Assembly (NCBI GenBank): GCA_047629415.1
Contig: JBLHWZ010000001.1
Span: forward strand, 3,808-67,807
DNA length: 64,000 nt
Source of the DNA: Bradymonadia bacterium
GTDB taxonomy: Bacteria; Myxococcota_A; Bradymonadia; REDH01
Direction of reading: 5' to 3'
The translations under genes and the position numbers were made by a program. The notes beneath the pieces are model-generated. The model was given only the letters and a program-made list of their open reading frames with translations. It did no database searches and was not told where the DNA came from. This document shows positions 57,912 through 64,000 of the stretch, in pieces; positions within the stretch are counted from its first letter, which is position 1; every line of letters starts with the position of its first letter.

Positions 57912-58267
57912 CCTAAGAGTTCGAGCCGGGGGACACGCCCCCAGGAACTCCCAAGCCGAGTCTTCCAGAGACCCTTCTTGTGAGCTACGGCGTCCTCGAC
58001 GTCACGGCCACCCAAGATGGCGAGCAGTTCGACATCGCGGACGGAGCGGAAGTTGAAGTCTCGATTCCGGCCCCCGCCAACCCGGAGCCCGAGACGTAGC
58101 TCGAGACCGTTCCATTGTGGTCCTTCGACGAAGAGAAGGGCATCTAGGTTCAGGAAGGAAGCACCACCTACAACGAGGACACCCACTCGTGGGAGGCATC
58201 CCTCCCGCACCTCTCGGCTTGGAACGTCGACGTTACCCTCACGGACCGCACGTGTGTTCGTGGTCAG

Positions 58268-59185
58268 GTGCTCGATGCCGACGGTAACGCAGTGGCAGCT
58301 GCCAGCGTACAGATGACCGCGGGCGATCTCTCAGCTGGCTACCGAGACACCACCCACACGGCAGAGGACGGATCGTTCTGCTTGGTTGCGAGGCAAGGCG
58401 CGACCGTGTCGTTCACGGCTACTACGCTGGACGACAGCGGCGAAGAGCTGACGGCTGAGCTCACCGGTGCCGTAGCCGGCAACGAGGAGTACTCGGGAGC
58501 CCTCAATCCTGTCATGTGCAGCGCCTCCAGCTGTGCGGACATCGGAACGATTCAGTTCGCCAACGACGGTCCGACGGTGGGCGAAGCGGTAAACTGCTCG
58601 GCGCAGTGCAAAGGTGGCGAGGGATACTGCGGCAGCGTGCCCTGCTACCCTAGCTACTGCACCGGCGGGGAGGGCGGCTGCACGTTCGGATTCGTTGACG
58701 CTTGCGGCGACGACCCGATTGCGTCGTGCGTGGGTACCGGAACGTATACGGAATTCGCCGTCTCTCTCTACCAGGATTCGTACACGGACTCGTTCTGCGG
58801 TTTCTGTGACCCTGTCGGATCGGAGTCGCCGGCGCTCTGCGTTCCGGTGACCTGCAACGAGGGCCAGATCGAAGTTGATGGAGCATGCGCCCAGACAGCA
58901 GCCAACGGCATGCAATTCACGTTGGAGTGGCTCCGAGAGGGGCATGATCTCGACATCAATCTCAAGACGCTCAGCGGCTCAATCGTAAACTACAACACGA
59001 ATTCGATTGCGGGTTGCACCCTCGACGTCGACGACACTGACGGCGGAAGCGAGATCGGTGCCGCTGTCGAGAACGTCAACTATCAAACCGCCGCCGATGG
59101 CTTCGAGAACGGTACCTACGAAGTGTGGGGCCACAACTACTCCGCAGCCAGCGGTGACGCTCCCTACACGCTCGGCGTGTACTGA
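58268..59185 (+). CDS. Secreted-type hypothetical protein fragment: carboxypeptidase-regulatory-like start, Cys-rich middle and a C-terminal domain of unknown family (copy 1); ends at an in-frame TGA
   Basis: GTG start with no signal peptide. VRGQVLDADGNAVAAASVQ...DGSF resembles a CarboxypepD_reg-like motif that is normally internal. Domain copy 1: MQFTLEWLREGHDLDINLKTLSG...CTLDVDDTDGGSEIGAAVENVNYQ. Confidence 0.5.
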   Translation: MLDADGNAVAAASVQMTAGDLSAGYRDTTHTAEDGSFCLVARQGATVSFTATTLDDSGEELTAELTGAVAGNEEYSGALNPVMCSASSCADIGTIQFANDGPTVGEAVNCSAQCKGGEGYCGSVPCYPSYCTGGEGGCTFGFVDACGDDPIASCVGTGTYTEFAVSLYQDSYTDSFCGFCDPVGSESPALCVPVTCNEGQIEVDGACAQTAANGMQFTLEWLREGHDLDINLKTLSGSIVNYNTNSIAGCTLDVDDTDGGSEIGAAVENVNYQTAADGFENGTYEVWGHNYSAASGDAPYTLGVY

Positions 59186-59779
59186 GACGAGCGACTAATC
59201 GACACCTTCGATGAGACCGCACCCTCGACCGAGCCATACCTCGGCAAGTGTCACTCTATCACCTTCACCGACGGCCGTTGCTCCGCCGTTGCGGATTGCG
59301 TACCCCCCGTTTTGGCCTGCGACCCGGAGTGCAGCGCCGGCCAGACCTCGGTTGAAGGCGTGTGTGTGCGGAACCCGGAAGAGGGAATGCGCTTTACGCT
59401 CGATTGGGCGACTGCTGCCGACCTCGACATGTACGTCACCACTCTCTCGGGTACCGACTTCAGCTACGTCACGACAACCGGCGCCGGATGCGCACTCGAC
59501 GTCGACGACACTGACGGTGGTACGGCCGAAGCTCCCGCTGTCGAGAACATCAATTGTGATGCGGATGTCGAAGGCTTCTTGCCCGAGACCTACACGTGGC
59601 AGGTAATCCCCGATAGCGGCGTAGGACGATTCTCGATCGAGCTCTTCTGCAACGAGGCAGCCGCTGGCGCTCAGACGGGAGAGATCACCGAGGTGGTCCG
59701 AGAAAGCGAGACGTGGACGGTTTGCTACCAGGGCGAAGCCGGCTGCGTCGAAGGCGCCTGCCCGGAGCAGGACGCCTGA
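59186..59779 (+). other. In-frame continuation after the TGA at 59183-59185, open with no stop through track ORF 59312..59779 (TTG start); contains paralogous domain copy 2
   Basis: Translated by eye: DERLIDTFDETAPSTEPYLGKCHSITFTDGRCSAVADCVPPVLACDPECSAGQTSVEGVCVRNPEEGMRFTLDWATAADLDMYVTTLSG...CALDVDDTDGGTAEAPAVENINCD... It is in the same frame as 58268..59185. Confidence 0.45.
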
Positions 59780-59997
59780 GCGCGGCCCAAACGACGCGCC
59801 CCAATCGCCGGCCCTCCCGTCTGGGAGGGCCGGCTGCGTTTTTGGCAGGACGAGCCTCATCCAGTCCACTGGAGAGCGGCTCCCGGAGGGCACGTTCTGA
59901 CAATCTCAGACGCGGCGATGGCTCACCGGGGCCGCCTCTGCCATTGACAATAGGGGCCGAAACTCCCAATTCGCCCTGCCTCGTTCCCGCTGTGCCC

Positions 59998-62900
59998 ATG
60001 TCGGTCGACCTTCAACAAGATCGCGCCCTGCGCGCTTCTCGCTACCCCATTGATGACCTCGTCAAAGCGGTCAAGAAGGAGGGATACAGCAGGATTGTCG
60101 GCGCTCGAGGCGGGTTCCTCCCGGTCGTCATCGCAGACCTCGTCAAACGACTCGGTCGGCCAACGATCGTCGTGGTGCCCGACGCGTCGGAGTCCCGCGT
60201 CTTCTACGACGCGCTCAGCACGGCGACGACACTAGGAGCGGAGCGTGTAAGCTTCCTGCCTCCCCCGGAAATCTCGCCCTACGCCGGCGTCTCGCCAGAC
60301 CGTCAAACCACGCTCGCCCGGGTCAATGCGCTTACCCGCATTCCGAAGCTTGGCGCCGGCGAGGTGATGGTGACCTCCGCGCTCGGTTGGGCGCGACGCT
60401 CCGCGCCGGCAGCCGCCCTCGAAGCCTGCTCGGTCTCGCTCTCGATCGACGATGAGGAGGTCGACACTGCCAAGCTCGCGGCGACCCTGGTCGCCGGTGG
60501 ATACAGTGGCGTCGGGCTCGTCGAAGACCCAGGCACGTTCAGCGTTCGCGGCGACATCGTCGACATCTTCCCCGCCGGAGCAGAGTTCCCTTATCGGGTG
60601 GAGCTCTACGGGGACATGGTCGAGTCGATCCGTCGCTTCGACCCCGAAACTCAGCGCGGAGTGGATGACGCAGACCGCGTCGACGCTGGGCCAGCCGTCG
60701 AAACGCTGCTCACCGCTGACTCCCTCGCCTCGCTGCGTGAGCGTCTGGGTGCCCTGGCCGAATCGATGAGTGTGCCCTCCAGCAGGGTGGGCGCGGTACT
60801 TCGCGATCTGCGGGCCGGCGTGCGATTCTTTGGTATCGAGTCGCTGCTTCCTGCGTTCCACGACTCCCTCCAGAGCGTTGGGGAACGACTGCCAGAGAAC
60901 GCGCTGGTCGTCGTTCTTGAGCCCGGCGAGTGTGAAGCACAGGTCTCGAAGTGGCTCGAAGCTCGCTATGACGAACACGAGCGCGAGGTCGGACACGGCG
61001 AGCTGCACTTCGCGATCGACGAGTGGATGATCCCGGAGGCCGATTTTGCGGCGAGCCTCAGCCCTGAGGGCGCGGTCCGTGTCGACGCATCGAGCCTATT
61101 GATGGCTGGTGAAGAGGGCATTCACTTCCCCTCGCTAGACAACGCCGACCTCGTCCGCGTTCGCAAAGAGCGGGCGGGAGGAGACGGCGCTGTGCACGCG
61201 ATCCTCGACGTGATGGAGGAGTGGCGCGAGCTCTATGGACGCATCGTGTTTACCTGCGGCAGCCGCGCCACCGTCGACCGCGTCGCCGCCCTGATTCGCA
61301 CCTATGGCGCGGAAGCCAAAGTGCGGAGCAAGATGCCCTCACTCGATACCCCCGTCTCGCCCCCCTGCGTGGAGTACGAGGTAGCGTTGGGCGATCTTCG
61401 AGACGGGTTTCGCTCTCCAGCGCTCGGCGTTGCGGTCATCTCAGATCGCGAGCTGCTAGGCCGAGCGGCAAGACGCTCCGGGCGAGCCGCAGCGCAGGAA
61501 GTCGCGACCCTCTCGTCATTCAAGGAGCTGCAGCCGAACGATCTGATCGTACACATCGACTTCGGAGTCGGCCGCTACCTCGGCCTTGAGCGAATGGACG
61601 TCGGCGGGGTCGGGAATGACTTCTTGGCGCTTCAATACGGCGGCGGCGACAAGCTCTACCTGCCTGTCTACCGATTGGACCGCGTGCAGAAGTACGCGGG
61701 TTCCAACTCCTTCCAGCGGCTAGACAAGCTAGGCGGGACCGCTTGGGAGCGCACCAAAGATAAGGTCAAGAGCCAGCTCGCAGACATCGCCCAGGAGTTG
61801 CTCCGGCTGCAGGCCGTCCGCGCCGCCGAGGAAGGCTTCCGGTATAGCGAGCCAGACGAGTTCTATGCCGAGTTCGAGGCGGCGTTCCCGTACGAGGAGA
61901 CCCCGCACCAGGCCAGCGCGATCACGGACGTGCTCAACGACATGATCTCGGACAAGCCGATGGACCGACTCCTCTGTGGAGACGTTGGTTTCGGCAAGAC
62001 CGAGGTCGCGATTCGGGCAGCGTACAAAGCCATTCTTGACGGCAAACAGGTCGCCGTTCTCGTACCGACGACAGTCCTCGCAGAGCAGCACGGCAAATCA
62101 TTCCAGGGTCGACTCCGTCACACGGCGGCCAACGTCGCAGTGCTCTCCCGATTCCGCAGCAGCGCGGAAGCAAAGAAGATCGTGGAGCAAGTAGCCGAGG
62201 GCAAGATCGATATCGTGATAGGCACGCACCGGCTGCTCTCAAAGGACATGAAGTTCAAGGACTTGGGAGTCCTCATCGTCGACGAGGAGCAACGCTTCGG
62301 CGTCACGCACAAGGAGAAGATCAAGAAGCTGAAGTCGAGCATCGACGTGCTCACGCTCTCCGCGACACCGATCCCACGGACGCTCGAGATGGCGATGCTC
62401 GGGATCCGCGATCTCTCTGTGATCCTGACGCCGCCACCTGGCCGGCTCGCAGTCCGAACCCACATCGCGAAGTTCCAGGACAACGTTCTGAAGGATGCGA
62501 TCGAACATGAACTCCAACGCGGCGGCCAAGCGTTCTTCGTGCACAACCGAGTCGAGACCATTCACGCGGTCGCGACGGAGTTAAGGCGGATCGCGCCGGA
62601 GGCCCGCATCGGCGTCGGGCACGCTCAGATGAAGGACTCCGAGCTTGAGAAGGTCATGCTCCAGTTCCTGAATCACGACATCGACATCCTCGTCTCGACG
62701 ACGATCATCGAGTCCGGCATCGACATCGCGTCGGCGAATACGATGTTCATCAACCACGCCGACAAGTTCGGACTTGGTCAGCTGCACCAGCTGCGCGGAC
62801 GGATCGGCCGATCCAACCAGCGCGCGTACTGCTACCTCCTGGTGAAGGAGCCCAAGCGGCTCTCGGTTGACGGCAAGCGCCGGCTTGAAGTGCTGCAGCA

Positions 62901-63522
62901 ACACACCGAACTCGGCTCCGGCATCCAGATCGCCCAACACGACCTCGATATGCGCGGCGCCGGCAACATCCTAGGGAGCGGCCAGTCCGGCCATATCGAA
63001 GCGGTCGGATTCGAGCTCTACTCCGAGCTGCTCAACGAGGCGGTGCAGGAGCTGCGTGGATTGGCAAAGGAAGAGACTGTTCAGCCGGACGTGAAGGTTC
63101 CAGTGGCGGCCTATCTGCCCGAGGAATACGTCAAGGACGTCAGCCAGCGGTTGCTCTTCTACAAGCGCTACTCGATGGCGCAGAACGAGGAGGAACTCTT
63201 CGACGTGCACGGCGAGCTTCAGGAGCGATATGGGCGCGCGCCTCAACCAGTTGATTCGCTCCGCGACATCGTTCGCCTGAAACTGGAAATGAAGGCGATC
63301 GGAGCCAAGAGACTCGAGGCCGGACCCAACGGAGTTGTCGTTGAGCTCACAGAGAACACCCCGTTGGACCCTGATAAAGTGATCGCGCTGATTCAGTCAT
63401 CCAAGGGCGAATACGAGTTCCGACCACAGATGACCTTGGTGCGCCGCTTGAATGGGGTGCAGGGGACCGATATCCTCGCCGCAGCGCTTCGGGTCTCCCG
63501 TGAGGTATCTTCTTGTGCGTAA
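59998..63522 (+). CDS. mfd: Transcription-repair coupling factor
   Basis: The start is set at ATG 59998 (MSVDLQQ) inside track ORF 59713..63522. UvrB-homology N-terminal region. SF2 helicase motifs: LLCGDVGFGKTEVA, DEEQRFGV, LSATPIPRT, QLHQLRGRIGRS. The C-terminal TRG/CarD-like region is present. 1174 aa. Confidence 0.95.
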   Translation: MSVDLQQDRALRASRYPIDDLVKAVKKEGYSRIVGARGGFLPVVIADLVKRLGRPTIVVVPDASESRVFYDALSTATTLGAERVSFLPPPEISPYAGVSPDRQTTLARVNALTRIPKLGAGEVMVTSALGWARRSAPAAALEACSVSLSIDDEEVDTAKLAATLVAGGYSGVGLVEDPGTFSVRGDIVDIFPAGAEFPYRVELYGDMVESIRRFDPETQRGVDDADRVDAGPAVETLLTADSLASLRERLGALAESMSVPSSRVGAVLRDLRAGVRFFGIESLLPAFHDSLQSVGERLPENALVVVLEPGECEAQVSKWLEARYDEHEREVGHGELHFAIDEWMIPEADFAASLSPEGAVRVDASSLLMAGEEGIHFPSLDNADLVRVRKERAGGDGAVHAILDVMEEWRELYGRIVFTCGSRATVDRVAALIRTYGAEAKVRSKMPSLDTPVSPPCVEYEVALGDLRDGFRSPALGVAVISDRELLGRAARRSGRAAAQEVATLSSFKELQPNDLIVHIDFGVGRYLGLERMDVGGVGNDFLALQYGGGDKLYLPVYRLDRVQKYAGSNSFQRLDKLGGTAWERTKDKVKSQLADIAQELLRLQAVRAAEEGFRYSEPDEFYAEFEAAFPYEETPHQASAITDVLNDMISDKPMDRLLCGDVGFGKTEVAIRAAYKAILDGKQVAVLVPTTVLAEQHGKSFQGRLRHTAANVAVLSRFRSSAEAKKIVEQVAEGKIDIVIGTHRLLSKDMKFKDLGVLIVDEEQRFGVTHKEKIKKLKSSIDVLTLSATPIPRTLEMAMLGIRDLSVILTPPPGRLAVRTHIAKFQDNVLKDAIEHELQRGGQAFFVHNRVETIHAVATELRRIAPEARIGVGHAQMKDSELEKVMLQFLNHDIDILVSTTIIESGIDIASANTMFINHADKFGLGQLHQLRGRIGRSNQRAYCYLLVKEPKRLSVDGKRRLEVLQQHTELGSGIQIAQHDLDMRGAGNILGSGQSGHIEAVGFELYSELLNEAVQELRGLAKEETVQPDVKVPVAAYLPEEYVKDVSQRLLFYKRYSMAQNEEELFDVHGELQERYGRAPQPVDSLRDIVRLKLEMKAIGAKRLEAGPNGVVVELTENTPLDPDKVIALIQSSKGEYEFRPQMTLVRRLNGVQGTDILAAALRVSREVSSCA

Positions 63523-64000
63523 TCCCCTTTTCTACATCGCCTGCCTGCCGCTAATTGCGTGCAAGCCAGATCCCCTTCCTGGCGAACCGAACGCACCGCA
63601 GCTGGTGACCGCTGGCGAGATTGCGCGGAACGAAGGATCCGATCCGCCGTTGCTGATGATCGGTGACCGGCCGTTGACGATGAACGAGTTCGATCGGCGC
63701 TCGCAATTGATGTCTCCTACGGCTCAGCTCCGCCTTGCCACCGCCCAGAACAGCCAGAAGCTGCTCGAGATGATCGTCTGGGCCGAGCTCGTGGCTATTG
63801 AAGCGACGCGGCTGGAACTCGTCGGCGGATTGGACGAACAGGTACTTGTGAACGACGCCCACGCGCAGGGTCGACTGGAAGCGATGGCCGCCATCTCGGT
63901 TAACCGAGGCGCCATCACCGTCGACGAAGTACGAGCGCTCTACGATGCGACTGCTGACACTATCCAGCGAGCAGAAGAGCGGCGCGTCTATACGATTGTT
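63515..64000 (+). CDS. Partial (3'-truncated by the window edge) lipoprotein, SurA-N/PpiD-like periplasmic chaperone or peptidyl-prolyl isomerase
   Basis: The GTG at 63515 overlaps the mfd stop. VRNPLFYIACLPLIACKPDP is a lipobox. NEFDRRSQLMSPTAQLRLATAQNSQKLLEMIVWAELVAIEA resembles a SurA N-terminal chaperone domain. The frame is open to the window end. It is not in the ORF track because it has no stop. Confidence 0.55.
   Translation, partial: MRNPLFYIACLPLIACKPDPLPGEPNAPQLVTAGEIARNEGSDPPLLMIGDRPLTMNEFDRRSQLMSPTAQLRLATAQNSQKLLEMIVWAELVAIEATRLELVGGLDEQVLVNDAHAQGRLEAMAAISVNRGAITVDEVRALYDATADTIQRAEERRVYTIV

Noticed and set aside
57913-57960. GGGGG-ACACG-CCCCC hairpin after hflX as a terminator
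   Set aside because: The stem is only 5 bp and there is no U-tract. It might still contribute, but it is too weak to call.
59183-59185. TGA as selenocysteine, or TAG (38439) as pyrrolysine
   Set aside because: There is no SECIS-like hairpin immediately downstream and no Cys-type catalytic context (..LGVY-x-DERLID..). Pyl is not expected in this lineage and no other genes show in-frame TAG. Error, pseudogene or readthrough are more likely.
59195-59893. 232-aa minus-strand ORF overlapping the second paralogous-domain region
   Set aside because: The plus frame shows the conserved paralogous domain shared with 58268..59185, and the minus ORF has Arg/Gly-rich artefact composition.
1-64000. Mobile elements, integrases, transposases, rRNA or tRNA
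   Set aside because: I did not recognise any transposase or integrase motif, terminal inverted repeats flanking a gene block, or tRNA-like cloverleaf-sized conserved segment. All ORF-free gaps of 100 bp or more were inspected by eye only, so small RNAs cannot be excluded.

Overview
This is a high-GC (about 68-70%) bacterial chromosomal window that is densely coding on both strands, with no rRNA, tRNA, CRISPR array or recognisable mobile element found by eye. The gene content suggests Myxococcota: a possible MYXO-CTERM-like sorting tail, DUF4139/DUF4140, Cys-rich lipoproteins, FG-GAP/beta-helix secreted proteins, many Asp/Glu-rich low-complexity linkers and MopE-type repeats. This is an inference from content.

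Housekeeping genes:
- an amidohydrolase-2 hydrolase
- a PLP fold-III decarboxylase
- a GT4 glycosyltransferase
- a FecCD/FecE-type ABC permease and ATPase pair
- an M50 site-2 protease with a TPR tail
- thiE and lipA
- the pdhA-pdhB-pdhC operon
- folB
- a thiolase
- a SerA-like dehydrogenase
- hflX
- mfd, followed by a SurA-like lipoprotein

Most interesting regions:
1. A plus-strand four-gene oxidative cassette (38882-42965): AspH-like cupin hydroxylase, VanA-like Rieske oxygenase, thioesterase-like protein and an RPE65/carotenoid-cleavage-family dioxygenase. It sits convergent to a minus-strand operon (43019-48035) encoding a hybrid HK-REC-HK sensor, a CFA-synthase-family methyltransferase and a PilZ-methyltransferase fusion.
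2. An 878-aa lipoprotein (20650-23286) that fuses MopE-type repeats to a C-terminal lysyl-oxidase catalytic domain. It is immediately followed by a 15-bp tandem repeat array of about 10 copies.
3. Three genes that look interrupted: an in-frame TAG (38439-38441), an in-frame TGA (59183-59185) separating two paralogous domains, and a lipoprotein-signal/DUF3179 frame split near 36785.
4. HflX with a long N-terminal extension and a repeat-encoded (DENDD)n acidic tail.
5. Two tandem paralogous small RHH-like ORFs (53401-53899).
6. Several short in-gene tandem repeats.

I found no canonical defence island. Families were recognised by reading motifs; no searches were run. Near 38400 my base counting disagrees with the ORF track by 1 nt, so coordinates there are approximate.
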